Below are positions 1 to 9,820 of a stretch of 64,000 bases of DNA, one piece after another (position 1 is the stretch's first letter; each line of letters begins with the position of its first letter). The DNA comes from Candidatus Hermodarchaeota archaeon (GTDB taxonomy: Archaea > Asgardarchaeota > Thorarchaeia > Thorarchaeales > Thorarchaeaceae). Under the pieces are notes generated by a model. The model was not told where the DNA came from. It made no database searches and saw nothing but the letters and a program-made list of their open reading frames with translations. Position numbers and translations under genes: made by a program. The stretch is taken from the NCBI GenBank assembly GCA_048885865.1, contig JBHLLF010000003.1:96001-160000 (forward strand), written 5' to 3'.

Positions 1-1404
1 TCCTAGACGCACACGTCGCCTCAAATCGTTCAATGTCTGAGGGAATTCATTCCTCATTGAGTATCGAATCTCAGCCTCAATAACAGGTTCGCAAGTGCAA
101 ATTGTGGTTCTCCATTCAGGACGCTCCTTTACGAGCTCGAGGATCTCAAGCATCTGTGTTCCTCGGCGAGCCCTCATGCGCTCCAGTGCGTGTTGAGAGA
201 TGTCATAGTCATTTGCGAGGGAGAGAACATCCACATCAGACTCCATTCCCGGAAGTGGTAGCTTATGAGTAGTGCATTTTGCTTTGAAACCAATTTTCTG
301 ACAGACGATATCTGTGGCTGCTTCGGCCATATGCCGACACATAACAAGTTTCCCACCTGTGAAACTTACCAGGCCTGAAACGCCCTCAGATTCATGATCA
401 ATTACTTCATAGCCTCTTGTCACTTTGCCTTCTGGGACTTTCCATGTGGGCACTAGAGGCCTGACACCCTCCATTGTACGGATTATTCGAGCTTCTCTAA
501 TTGAGGGAATGACCCATTCCATGCTCTTCAGAAGGTATTCGATTTCGTCATGAGTTGCGACGAGTGTGTCAGGGTCATCCCAAGTATCTAGGGCAGTTGT
601 CCCGAGTAGAGTAGTATTCTCATGTGGGAACAAATAGATCATACGACCATCTACTGCTTTGGCGATTATCCCAACGTTAACGACACGCCTATCCAAGATT
701 ACGTGAGCGCCCTTGTTCAGACGTAGGTCAAGCTTCGCTCCTGCTAGTGCTGCAATCTTGTGAGCCCAAGGACCACCAGCGTTAATTATCGTCTGAGTGC
801 TTGCACTTTCGATCTCTCCAGTGATACGATTGTAGAATGTCACACTCTCGACTGAGCCATCACGCGTTGTGATATCTACAACTTCACAGTAAGTCCTTAT
901 TGTGGCACCCTTCTCTCGTGCATCTAGTGCTTGAAGAAGACACAATCTGAATGGGTCAATGAAATACTCCTCGAAGTACATGCTTGCAATTAAATTCGTA
1001 TTTAGAAGTGGCTCAATCTCAAGGGCATCTTCTGGCTCAAGAAAGAGGACCGGAGGCACATCTCTGGACTCAGCTCGCTTAGAGTATTCAGCTGCAAAGT
1101 TACCTCCTGTCGACAAGTCGCTCATCTCGAGAATAGGAGTCAGAATTGGGTTCTTCATGATGATATGATGAGCAATGCGATTGAGATGGACGACCTCCTC
1201 AGAGCACATGTCAACTATTTCAGGCTCATCCATGTACTTGAGACCCGAGGATATCATTCCTGCACAAGTTCCCACTGTAGCTGAAGCAATGTCATCACGT
1301 TCAAGGAGCAGGGTCTTGAGGCCTCTTAGAGCACAATCTCTAGCTACTGCTGTACCGGTGCTGCCTCCACCAATCACAACCACATCAAAGTCTGAATCAT
1401 TCAT
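1..1404 (-). CDS. glpA: FAD-dependent glycerol-3-phosphate dehydrogenase (GlpA/GlpD family), truncated at window edge
   Basis: Not in ORF track because it runs off the window. Manual translation from ATG 1404 gives MNDSDFDVVVIGGGSTGTAVARDCALRGLKTLLLERDDIASATVGTCAGMISSGLKY (GxGxxG, GlpA/D N-terminus). The end reads ICTCEPVIEAEIR...DLRRRVRLG, the BFD-like C-terminal domain of GlpA. GGTGA SD upstream. Confidence 0.88.
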   Translation of the reverse strand, partial: MNDSDFDVVVIGGGSTGTAVARDCALRGLKTLLLERDDIASATVGTCAGMISSGLKYMDEPEIVDMCSEEVVHLNRIAHHIIMKNPILTPILEMSDLSTGGNFAAEYSKRAESRDVPPVLFLEPEDALEIEPLLNTNLIASMYFEEYFIDPFRLCLLQALDAREKGATIRTYCEVVDITTRDGSVESVTFYNRITGEIESASTQTIINAGGPWAHKIAALAGAKLDLRLNKGAHVILDRRVVNVGIIAKAVDGRMIYLFPHENTTLLGTTALDTWDDPDTLVATHDEIEYLLKSMEWVIPSIREARIIRTMEGVRPLVPTWKVPEGKVTRGYEVIDHESEGVSGLVSFTGGKLVMCRHMAEAATDIVCQKIGFKAKCTTHKLPLPGMESDVDVLSLANDYDISQHALERMRARRGTQMLEILELVKERPEWRTTICTCEPVIEAEIRYSMRNEFPQTLNDLRRRVRLG

Positions 1405-1458
1405 AGCGCTCATCACCAGTGTGGGATTTTGGTTGCATGTCCATTAAGATCTCAGCCT

Positions 1459-2895
1459 TCAATAGTGTGCGAGTAGGGTAGAAATCTCTGCTAGAATAAG
1501 CTTGTTGAATACCTCAAATCGCTTTTCATAGACTTCAATATTCTCAGGAACAGGCTCTCTTTTCTCTTCAACATGAAACATGTTGTCAAAGGCCTCATCG
1601 AATGAGCCGTACACTCCAGAACCTACGGCTGCGATCATTGCGGCGCCAATAACTGTGGAGTCTCGGGCACGTGGCAAAACCACCGTCTTACCAGTACAGT
1701 CAGCTATAATCTGCCGCCAAAGAGGAGAGTTCGCTCCGCCACCATCGATTCTGAGCTCGCTATAATTCTGGTCGAGCATGACCTCCATCGTCTGGGCATA
1801 GAACTGGATACCATATCCATTGCCCTCCATTATAGCTCGAGCGAAATGAGCCTTGGTGTGGTTAAAGCCCAAATTGTAGACGATGCCCTTAGTGAATGCC
1901 ATGAAGGGGAAGAATACAAGCCCATCACTACCCGGTGACACATTCTTTGCTGAGGATTCCATCAATTCGAAGAGGTCATTGTTGCTCTTCGAATCATAGA
2001 ATTGGTCACGATACCATTTGAACGCCCATCCGGTCCCAGGAAGGACTCCTTCTAATATCCAAGTCCCTTCAATTGCGCCAGGATTGCTATACATCACGTA
2101 GGGATCTTCAACATATTCGTCTGTGTGAACCGTGACAAAGGTGCCAGTTCCAGTGGTTGCTTTCATAAGTCCTGATTTTGTGATGCCTGTGCCTAGGGCA
2201 GAACACTGCTGGTCACCTGATCCCATGATGACAGGAGTTCCTTTGCGTAGGCCAGTTGCCTTGGCAGAGTTTCCAGTTATCTCTCCAATCGGAACACCGG
2301 GTTTCACGATTTCAGCGTACTTGTCAGCGGAAATGCCTGTTTCTTCGCAAATCTCATCCGAGAGAGTCATGGTTGAGTGGTCAATCGGACCGTATCGTGC
2401 GTTTGATGGATCTGCAACCATTGCACCACATAATCTATTGTTTAGAAACGCATCCAAGGTAACGAATTTGTGAGCAGAATGAAACAACTTCTTCTTGTTC
2501 TCAGATAGCCACAGAATCTTCCTGAGACCTCGCCTAGGCCCTATCAGCTCTGCGAGTTCATCCCTTTTCTTACTTAGGCGATTGTCCGTCCAAAGGATAG
2601 TAGGTCCAAGTGGATCTCCATCCTTATCCACAGGTGTGAAGCAATCACGAGTTGTCGTCACGACGACACCCTCTACGGATTCAGCTCCAGGCTCATAGCC
2701 AGATATGGCCCGCTGCATAGTTGTGCAAGCCGCTCTCCAAAAGGTGTCAGCCAGCTGCTCATGCGTTGCTAGCTCCTTTGGGGTCGGTGGATATTCCTCA
2801 TAGGCTTTGCTCAGTTCGCGGCCTTCCTCATCCACAAGAACTGACCGCGTACCAGTTGTGCCGACATCGAATACTGCAAAGACTCGCTGACTCAT
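1459..2895 (-). CDS. FGGY-family carbohydrate kinase (glycerol/xylulose kinase-like)
   Basis: FDVGTTGTR, ILWTDNR, GSGDQQ, TTGTGTF, DGGGANSPLWRQ motifs. Start moved to ATG 2895 (GGTGA SD). Lies upstream of glpA. Confidence 0.88.
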   Translation of the reverse strand: MSQRVFAVFDVGTTGTRSVLVDEEGRELSKAYEEYPPTPKELATHEQLADTFWRAACTTMQRAISGYEPGAESVEGVVVTTTRDCFTPVDKDGDPLGPTILWTDNRLSKKRDELAELIGPRRGLRKILWLSENKKKLFHSAHKFVTLDAFLNNRLCGAMVADPSNARYGPIDHSTMTLSDEICEETGISADKYAEIVKPGVPIGEITGNSAKATGLRKGTPVIMGSGDQQCSALGTGITKSGLMKATTGTGTFVTVHTDEYVEDPYVMYSNPGAIEGTWILEGVLPGTGWAFKWYRDQFYDSKSNNDLFELMESSAKNVSPGSDGLVFFPFMAFTKGIVYNLGFNHTKAHFARAIMEGNGYGIQFYAQTMEVMLDQNYSELRIDGGGANSPLWRQIIADCTGKTVVLPRARDSTVIGAAMIAAVGSGVYGSFDEAFDNMFHVEEKREPVPENIEVYEKRFEVFNKLILAEISTLLAHY

Positions 2896-2979
2896 TTTTT
2901 TCACCGGTGATTTATAGGGAAGTAGTTTAGGCGGCAATGCTCAATATGAATCGTCCGACAGTGAGAGTTATCAGACTGA

Positions 2980-3933
2980 ATGCCGCTTGAGGCGTTAATG
3001 TCAGAAAATGTGCCCTCTATAGAAGTCGAGCCACGTGTTCATCTTGTACGAGGTCTGAATAAGGCACGCTTTCCTGAGGCAAACTCACTCCTGATTGATG
3101 ACGAGATATTGACACTAGTTGACGCTGGTTCTGACTTGGGCGAGGTCAGCGAGGCTCTGAAGAACCTTGGACATAGATTGGAAGATGTTGAAAGGCTAAT
3201 TCTCACTCATTTTCATCTAGACCACAAGCACCATGCCGAGGAGATTCACAAGATAGCAGGCTGTGAGGTAATCTGTCATCCATTATCCGACAAAGGAGTT
3301 GAAACATTCCTGGGGATGGCTGAATACTATGGGATTCTACATCATCATTTATTCGAAACCTGGAAAGTCATGATAAAGGGATGGATTCCCCCTATATATG
3401 GAAACTACACCGTCACTGGACACTACGATGATATGAAGACCATATCATGTGGCGAGGTTGACCTCATCCCAATTCATCTTCCAGGACATACATTAGACCA
3501 TACCTGCTTCGGTATCAATGGCTTTGAAACCATCTTCCTAGTGGATATCGACCTCACTGGCTTTGGTCCTTGGTATGGCAACAAAGTAAGTGACATCCGA
3601 GACTTTCAGGACTCCATTGAAAGGGTGATACAACTCGAGCCCAAGGTGGGTATAAGCAGCCATCTTCAGGATGTAGTGACTGATGATCTCTCTAGCCGTC
3701 TTGAACAATTTGCGGATTCATTTGAGAGGCGAGAAGAAAAGATTCTGAAGAACATCCATGATGGATACGATACCCTAGAAAAACTCGTGCAATTGCCTAC
3801 TATATACCCCCGAATACCGGAAGTAATTTTCGAAATCTTTGAGGAGTTCATGGTTCAAAAACATCTTGAGATCCTTGTTGAAGATGCAAAGATTGTCCAA
3901 GATGGTAGCCGGTACAGGATAGAAAGAAGATAG
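2980..3933 (+). CDS. MBL-fold metallo-hydrolase
   Basis: LVDAG, THFHLDH (HxHxDH), PGHTLDH; start may be 2998. Confidence 0.85.
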   Translation: MPLEALMSENVPSIEVEPRVHLVRGLNKARFPEANSLLIDDEILTLVDAGSDLGEVSEALKNLGHRLEDVERLILTHFHLDHKHHAEEIHKIAGCEVICHPLSDKGVETFLGMAEYYGILHHHLFETWKVMIKGWIPPIYGNYTVTGHYDDMKTISCGEVDLIPIHLPGHTLDHTCFGINGFETIFLVDIDLTGFGPWYGNKVSDIRDFQDSIERVIQLEPKVGISSHLQDVVTDDLSSRLEQFADSFERREEKILKNIHDGYDTLEKLVQLPTIYPRIPEVIFEIFEEFMVQKHLEILVEDAKIVQDGSRYRIERR

Positions 3934-3951
3934 CGGGAATGACTCCCGCTA
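3931..3951. terminator. Hairpin between convergent genes
   Basis: TAGCGGGA-atgac-TCCCGCTA perfect 8-bp inverted repeat between two convergent stop codons. Confidence 0.5.
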
Positions 3952-3953
3952 AA

Positions 3954-4736
3954 CTACTTGTGTTTGAAAACAGGTTCTCGTTTATTGAGAAAGGCATCAA
4001 CTCCTTCCTCTTTGTCTTTAGTATCGAATGTCTGACAAAAAACATCAATTTCGTAGGATAGGTTATCCTTCAAGCTCATTTCCCAAGCATTGTTCAAAGA
4101 CTGCTTGGCAAGCTTGATGGCGACTCCTGGTTTCTTGGCAAGAGTCTTGGCAAGCTCCATCGCACCATTTCGGAGCTCTTCTACGGTTTCGAACACCTTG
4201 TTCACCAGTCCAATTCGTAGCGCTTCATCTGCCTTTATTGGATTTCCACTAAGAACAAGTTCCTTGGCGATACCCAATCCCACCAAGCGTGGTAGACGAA
4301 CAGTACCACCATACCCTGGAATGATTCCAAGATTGATTTCAGGTTGGCCAAATCTAGCATTTGCTGAAGCATAGCGTATGTCACATGCCATGGCAAACTC
4401 GCAGCCTCCACCAAGTGCATAACCATTGACTGCAGCGATGGTTGGAATGCTCAAAGCCTCTATGTAGTTGGCAACAGCCTGACCCTTCTCAACGAAAGGC
4501 CTCACTGTCTTTGAGTCACGCCCGGGGAAAGCAGTAATGTCTGCTCCCGCAGCAAATGCCTTTTCACCCATGCCAGTGAGAATTACTGCCCTCACCTCGG
4601 GATCTTCCTCAGCTTTCTGGAAGAAGCTGTGCATCGCGTTAGCAACATCAACGTTTAGTGCATTGTATTTTTCAGGGCGATTGATTGTGATTATAGCCAC
4701 ACCATCTTCAACTTCGTACAGAACTTCATCAGCCAT
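3954..4736 (-). CDS. Enoyl-CoA hydratase/crotonase
   Basis: NRPEKYNAL, AFAAGADI, GYALGGGCE, FGQPEINLGIIPGYGGT. Confidence 0.93.
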   Translation of the reverse strand: MADEVLYEVEDGVAIITINRPEKYNALNVDVANAMHSFFQKAEEDPEVRAVILTGMGEKAFAAGADITAFPGRDSKTVRPFVEKGQAVANYIEALSIPTIAAVNGYALGGGCEFAMACDIRYASANARFGQPEINLGIIPGYGGTVRLPRLVGLGIAKELVLSGNPIKADEALRIGLVNKVFETVEELRNGAMELAKTLAKKPGVAIKLAKQSLNNAWEMSLKDNLSYEIDVFCQTFDTKDKEEGVDAFLNKREPVFKHK

Positions 4737-4848
4737 TTCTAACTCCTCCTTGAGAATGATTTGAGAAGCCCACTAGGCAAGTAATAAGCGTTGGCAAATG
4801 GGGGACATCTGACTGAACACATTTATTGAATAGTCATACTCCTTTCAT

Positions 4849-6225
4849 TTGTCTATGTCCGATTTTCAAGTTAAACCAATCCTTCTCTATGGGATTTATG
4901 AGAAGAAGGTACAGACTAGTTGGAGACCGTGGGGTTGGATTCAATCCGAAGCTGATGCAGATAGTGAGATTGAGAGAATCAAGAAAGAATTACAGGCCTT
5001 ACAGAATGAGGCTGAGTTCTCAATGCGTATTCAACCTGTAGCAAAGACCAAAGCTGCCGAAGATATGGAGAAGTTAGACATCAATGCAGACGCAATTCTG
5101 CTATACGCAGCCGGAGTGCAAGAAATTGACTCAATTGAGCCATTGGAACAGTTATTGTCGTATGATATTCCAATAATCTTCTTCCTTAGGAAAGACTATC
5201 TCTGGTATGAGATAATTCATCCACGTTTCCTAAGAAGAAGTGTATCTGATGAGATACTTCAACCTGTAATTGTAGAGGATATTGTAGTTGAAGATTACAC
5301 TGAACTTCTACAAAAATTGAGGTCTCTAGCAGGCCTGAAATCTGCAGTTGGTGCAAAAGTCATCTCGATAGGGAAACCTGGAGGGTGGGGCATTGGTGAG
5401 GAGGCAGTGCAGCAGGCAAGAAAGACATGGAAATTTCGAATAGAAGCAATCACCTATCAGGAGTTAACGGATAGAATCGAGGCATTGAATGTAGACACTA
5501 AGGCGGTTGAAAGGGCCCGAAAAGATGCGGAGGATTATTTGTCACAAAAGGAAGTAGCGCTTAAAACAGATAGGAGATTCGTGGTCAATGCATTTCTACT
5601 TGAACGCGTTTTCAAAGAGATAATGAAGGAAGAAGACGCACACATTCTTACAGTTGCAGAATGCATGTCAATCATTATGCCAATATCTGAAACAACTGCT
5701 TGCTTGCCCATCTGTTTGCTCAATGATTCTGGATACTTGGCATTCTGCGAGTCAGACTTTGTCGCTATTCCGGCAGGAATTCTATTGCACTTCATTTCAG
5801 GCAAGCCTGTTTTCTTCGCTGATCCAACCCTACCTCATAAAGGCCAAGTCACTGTTGCACACTGCACCGCACCTCGTAGAATGGATGGCTCAAACCTTGA
5901 AAGAGTTGAAATCCTCACTCACTTCGAATCTGACTATGGGGCAGCACCGCAAGTGAAAATGAAGCAAGGGCAAGTGGTCACTATAATCAATCCTTCGTTT
6001 AGCGGAAACGAGTGGATTGGATTCAGAGGAAGAATAAGAGACAATCCCACTCTTCAAATCTGCCGCACGCAGCTAGACATAGAGATTGAGGGTGATTGGG
6101 AGAAATTGCTGCACGAAATGAAAGGATTTCATTGGCTAGTCGTCTATGGTGATTATTTGAACGAAATTGAGTATGCTTTGAAGAAAGTGAATGTCAATTG
6201 GACCAATCTCTCCAAGAGTCACTAA
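4849..6225 (+). CDS. L-fucose/L-arabinose isomerase-like protein
   Basis: AFCESD, VAHCTAP, THFES, CRTQ pattern typical of uncharacterised fucose-isomerase-related proteins. Confidence 0.6.
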   Translation: MSMSDFQVKPILLYGIYEKKVQTSWRPWGWIQSEADADSEIERIKKELQALQNEAEFSMRIQPVAKTKAAEDMEKLDINADAILLYAAGVQEIDSIEPLEQLLSYDIPIIFFLRKDYLWYEIIHPRFLRRSVSDEILQPVIVEDIVVEDYTELLQKLRSLAGLKSAVGAKVISIGKPGGWGIGEEAVQQARKTWKFRIEAITYQELTDRIEALNVDTKAVERARKDAEDYLSQKEVALKTDRRFVVNAFLLERVFKEIMKEEDAHILTVAECMSIIMPISETTACLPICLLNDSGYLAFCESDFVAIPAGILLHFISGKPVFFADPTLPHKGQVTVAHCTAPRRMDGSNLERVEILTHFESDYGAAPQVKMKQGQVVTIINPSFSGNEWIGFRGRIRDNPTLQICRTQLDIEIEGDWEKLLHEMKGFHWLVVYGDYLNEIEYALKKVNVNWTNLSKSH

Positions 6226-6369
6226 TCCCTAGGAACGTCGATTTGCCAATTCAAACTGCATAACTCAAAAGGAGGCAGAAACTGCCGTAGATGTCCGAGC
6301 TAGGCAAATGCTGAATCATCCGGTTCTCTTTTTACGCCGAGATTCATAGAGCCATTGAGGCTGTATTGA

Positions 6370-7560
6370 ATGGATAGAAAATGGCGAATAGCATCTGAAG
6401 CAGAGATCCTCAGTGGCAAGACCACCGATATCTACTTTGAGAGAGCAGTTCAAATCCTCAAAGCGGAGGGTCTGAATCCAACCGTCCACGCAGAAGTTAC
6501 GGTGTCTGGAATGCCTAAGGAGTTCGGTTGGGGGATAGTTGCCGGCGTGAATGACTCGCTTGAGTTATTCGAAGGAAAAGAGGTTGACATCTTCGGATTG
6601 GAAGAGGGGACTTTCTTTAGGCCAAGAGATCCAAGCGGCGTGAAAACGCCGGTATTCGCAATAGAAGGCCCATACCAAGAGTTCGCCACTCTTGAAACCC
6701 CACTCCTTGGCTTTCTGTGTCATACCTCCGGAATGGCGACACAGACTGCTCATGTTCGAATCGCTGCTGGGGAGAAGAGCCTTCTTTCATTTGGAGCGAG
6801 GAGAACTCATCCAGCAATCACTCCTCAGGTCGAATATGCGGCATTCATTGGCGGATGTGATGGCATTTCATGCATTCTGGGAGCAGAATTGTTGGGAGTT
6901 GAACCTCAGGGAACAATGCCGCATGCACTCATAATTGCTGCAGGTGACCACATCAGAGCGTGGCAGGCTTACGATAGACATCTCTCAAAAGACATTCCAA
7001 GAATTGCTCTAACTGACACATATCTTGATGAAGTTGTAGAATCTGTGATGGCTGCAGATGCGATTGAAGACCTGGTAGGAGTCAGACTAGACACAACTAG
7101 CAGTAGAAGAGGAAACTTTGCACGAATCATTCAAGAGGTGCGGTGGGAGCTTGATATCCGAGGGCATGAAGATGTCAAGATATACATCAGTGGTGGACTT
7201 GATGTGGACTCAATTAAAGCGCTGCATGAAGCACCAGTTGATGGTTTTGGAGTTGGTGGCGCAATTTCGAATTCGCCTGCAATTGATTTCGCAATGGACA
7301 TCGTCATGAAGCAAGAGAATGGAGAATGGATTCCTAGTGCGAAACGTGGCAAGTTCTCAGGAAGAAAGTCTGTCTGGAGATGCACCTCATGCTTCAAGGA
7401 TCGAGTAACTCTCTCAGAGGCCACCTCACCGACCTGTGCCTGCGGCAATAAAATGGAGAGGCTGACCACCCAATTGATGGAAAAAGGAGAGATTCTGCAC
7501 CGAGCATTGAGTCCAAAAGCAATCAGAGATAATGTATTGAAACAGATAAAGAGGCTATAG
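6370..7560 (+). CDS. pncB: Nicotinate phosphoribosyltransferase
   Basis: TDIYF, SFGARR, GTMPH (phospho-His), GVRLDT, SGG, FGVG; archaeal-type C-terminal Cys motifs. Confidence 0.92.
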   Translation: MDRKWRIASEAEILSGKTTDIYFERAVQILKAEGLNPTVHAEVTVSGMPKEFGWGIVAGVNDSLELFEGKEVDIFGLEEGTFFRPRDPSGVKTPVFAIEGPYQEFATLETPLLGFLCHTSGMATQTAHVRIAAGEKSLLSFGARRTHPAITPQVEYAAFIGGCDGISCILGAELLGVEPQGTMPHALIIAAGDHIRAWQAYDRHLSKDIPRIALTDTYLDEVVESVMAADAIEDLVGVRLDTTSSRRGNFARIIQEVRWELDIRGHEDVKIYISGGLDVDSIKALHEAPVDGFGVGGAISNSPAIDFAMDIVMKQENGEWIPSAKRGKFSGRKSVWRCTSCFKDRVTLSEATSPTCACGNKMERLTTQLMEKGEILHRALSPKAIRDNVLKQIKRL

Positions 7561-7562
7561 AG

Positions 7563-8132
7563 TTGACACTTCCCAAGCTAGACCCAGAAAATACCGCACT
7601 CATAATAATAGACATGCTCAATGATTTTGTTGAGGAGAATGGCGCACTTATAGTGCCAGCAGCCAAGGCGTTGGTACCAACGCAGTTGCAGATTCTCAAC
7701 AAAGCACGACAGAAGTCTTTGACCGTTGTTTACTTGGCTGACAACCATATGCCTGATGATGATGAGTTTAAAGTATGGCCCAAGCATTCTGTTGCAGGAA
7801 CACGAGGGGCTCAAGTGGTGGATGAACTAGCTCCGATTAAAGGCGAAAAAGTCATTCCCAAGCGCAGGTACTCGGGCTTTTTTGGTACAGACCTTGATTT
7901 GACTCTCAGGGAAAGGGGAATTACCAATATCATTCTGATGGGAGTCTTGACTGATATTTGCATAATGTATACATCAGCAGATGCATCAGCCAGGGGCTAC
8001 AATGTCTATGTTGTAGCGGATGGAACTGGCAGCACTGTGAGAGAGAATCATCAATTTGCCTTGCAGCATATGAAGGAAATCCACACTACTGCTGTCGTCA
8101 CTGCGAATCAGGTCTTAACCCAACTACTCTAG
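7563..8132 (+). CDS. pncA: Isochorismatase-family cysteine hydrolase, probable nicotinamidase
   Basis: IIDMLNDF, KRRYSGF, TDIC (Asp/Lys/Cys triad); 2 nt after pncB. Confidence 0.8.
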   Translation: MTLPKLDPENTALIIIDMLNDFVEENGALIVPAAKALVPTQLQILNKARQKSLTVVYLADNHMPDDDEFKVWPKHSVAGTRGAQVVDELAPIKGEKVIPKRRYSGFFGTDLDLTLRERGITNIILMGVLTDICIMYTSADASARGYNVYVVADGTGSTVRENHQFALQHMKEIHTTAVVTANQVLTQLL

Positions 8133-8255
8133 GCTAGGAGTGCTTCAAATTTCTCGAACATTGGCGCTTTTCCTACTCCACAGTATTATGGTATTCCTCA
8201 GGTTTATTTAGCTCCAAATGCGGATTCAATTAGTGTACTGCCGAGAGGGAAGCAG

Positions 8256-8603
8256 ATGAGTTCAATGAGCAGACGTGAGGTATGGAAGGATTCTCTGATT
8301 GCCATGAAAACATCACTGGCAAGTTCCTATGATATGAGCACAGCCGTCGACGAGCAAAGACGATTCCTCAATGCCTGGGATCGGGGTGATCTTGAATACA
8401 TGGTCTTCTCGGATTACAGACGGAATGAGGGCAAAAGGAGACTCAGAGATGTCATGGAAGTCATTGACTCTGCAATTGCGAAGTTGGATGATTGTGATAC
8501 TGAAACAGCATCCAGGGTATATCTTGATACTCTCAAGACTGTAGCACTTTTCTCAAAATGGGCTAAGGTTCTGGAAACATCCACCATGTGGTTCAGTTCC
8601 TAA
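8256..8603 (+). CDS. Hypothetical helical protein
   Basis: 115-aa ORF with purine-rich upstream site, fills the intergenic space; no motif recognised. Confidence 0.65.
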   Translation: MSSMSRREVWKDSLIAMKTSLASSYDMSTAVDEQRRFLNAWDRGDLEYMVFSDYRRNEGKRRLRDVMEVIDSAIAKLDDCDTETASRVYLDTLKTVALFSKWAKVLETSTMWFSS

Positions 8604-8717
8604 AGGACAAGGAAAAATGGGCTAGAAGCCCGTGAGTACCAATACACAAGCCAATAGTAATGGAGATTTCTGTCGTCGATATATTAGACCCAAGCTTCTC
8701 ATCCAAGAGCGACGGAA

Positions 8718-9272
8718 TCATGCATACATACGCGATGAAACACGGGTGATCTTGAATGTACAGCTTTTATCACCCATTGACATGCAGGTTTCCTCTTCTA
8801 CGGCCAGCTTCTCATACTTGGCATTGTCGAGTTCTGTAGCGTACTCAAGAACAGCCTCGATGAATCCTCTCAGGAAATAACAGCAGAATGGCTCCTCACT
8901 TTCATGCATGCCTGTATACGGGTTCTCCTTAACCTCCAATATCGCCTCTTCGTCTTGCCACATTATTTGCAGCTTGGCAATCTTGATGTCGCCAAATGGA
9001 ATGATGAGCCGTTCAAGAGCCATCTTTATGAACTCGATGAGGCCCTTGAGATGACCAAAAGGCTTTCGTCTTCCAATCTGGAAGTACTCCTTTTGCGCTT
9101 CCACTCCTGCCATTCGACCAGCAGAGTAGTAAATGTCACGAACATGTTCTGGAAACATCTCGGCAATTCTATTTGTGAGCTTGCTCAATACCTTAGAGAA
9201 GAAAGCAGAAACCAGCTGCTTCTTATCGAGCTGTCCTCGCCACCAAGGTACGACATCTTCTCGTTTCGACAT
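8718..9272 (-). CDS. V4R (4-vinyl reductase) domain protein
   Basis: PFCCYFLRGFIEAV...VEEETCMSMGDKSCTF V4R Cys pattern. Confidence 0.8.
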   Translation of the reverse strand: MSKREDVVPWWRGQLDKKQLVSAFFSKVLSKLTNRIAEMFPEHVRDIYYSAGRMAGVEAQKEYFQIGRRKPFGHLKGLIEFIKMALERLIIPFGDIKIAKLQIMWQDEEAILEVKENPYTGMHESEEPFCCYFLRGFIEAVLEYATELDNAKYEKLAVEEETCMSMGDKSCTFKITRVSSRMYA

Positions 9273-9367
9273 TGGAATTCTCCTAAGGCAGTGGAATTAG
9301 TGAATACAGATGTTAAGTGCTTTGCTTAGAATTCATTGAGGAGCACACAAGTGATTTATCTGGAAGC

Positions 9368-9399
9368 AAAAGAGCGAATGAGGGCACGAAGCCCTCATT
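9368..9399 (-). terminator. Stem-loop plus T-tract after the thiolase/DUF35 operon
   Basis: AATGAGGGC-acgaa-GCCCTCATT 9-bp inverted repeat (9377-9399), followed on the minus strand by CGCTCTTTT. Confidence 0.55.
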
Positions 9400-9403
9400 G
9401 TGC

Positions 9404-9820
9404 TTAAACGAGCCACTTGTACGAGAGCTTCTTGTCATCGATATGCTCGAAACCAAGTTTCAGAGGCATTCCGACTTCAGGCAGGCTCATCAAATTTGTG
9501 ATGTGGGCCGTGAGCCTACGTCCCGATGGGAACTCACCGATAGCAACAACATATGGTGCTTTTGATGAAAGGCTCTCTGGTGCAAATTCAACTACCACAA
9601 AAGATACGAGCTTGGCCTCGCGCTCAGTGAACTCCTCTAATTTGCACTCACTTAGGCATTTCTGGCAGTGCTGTCTCGGTGGTAGGTATTCAGTACCACA
9701 ACTTGAACACACGCTTTTCATCAGCTTCTCTTGATCGAGTGCTTCCAGGAATTCTTGGTAGAAAGGGGTGATAGCTTTGTCTGAGCTATACCCCAGGTAA
9801 AGCTCCTTCTTCTCAGCCAC
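9404..9820 (-). CDS. DUF35-type Zn-ribbon/OB-fold protein (thiolase partner)
   Basis: CSSCG...PPRQHCQKC plus OB fold; overlaps the thiolase stop codon. Confidence 0.88.
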   Translation of the reverse strand: MAEKKELYLGYSSDKAITPFYQEFLEALDQEKLMKSVCSSCGTEYLPPRQHCQKCLSECKLEEFTEREAKLVSFVVVEFAPESLSSKAPYVVAIGEFPSGRRLTAHITNLMSLPEVGMPLKLGFEHIDDKKLSYKWLV

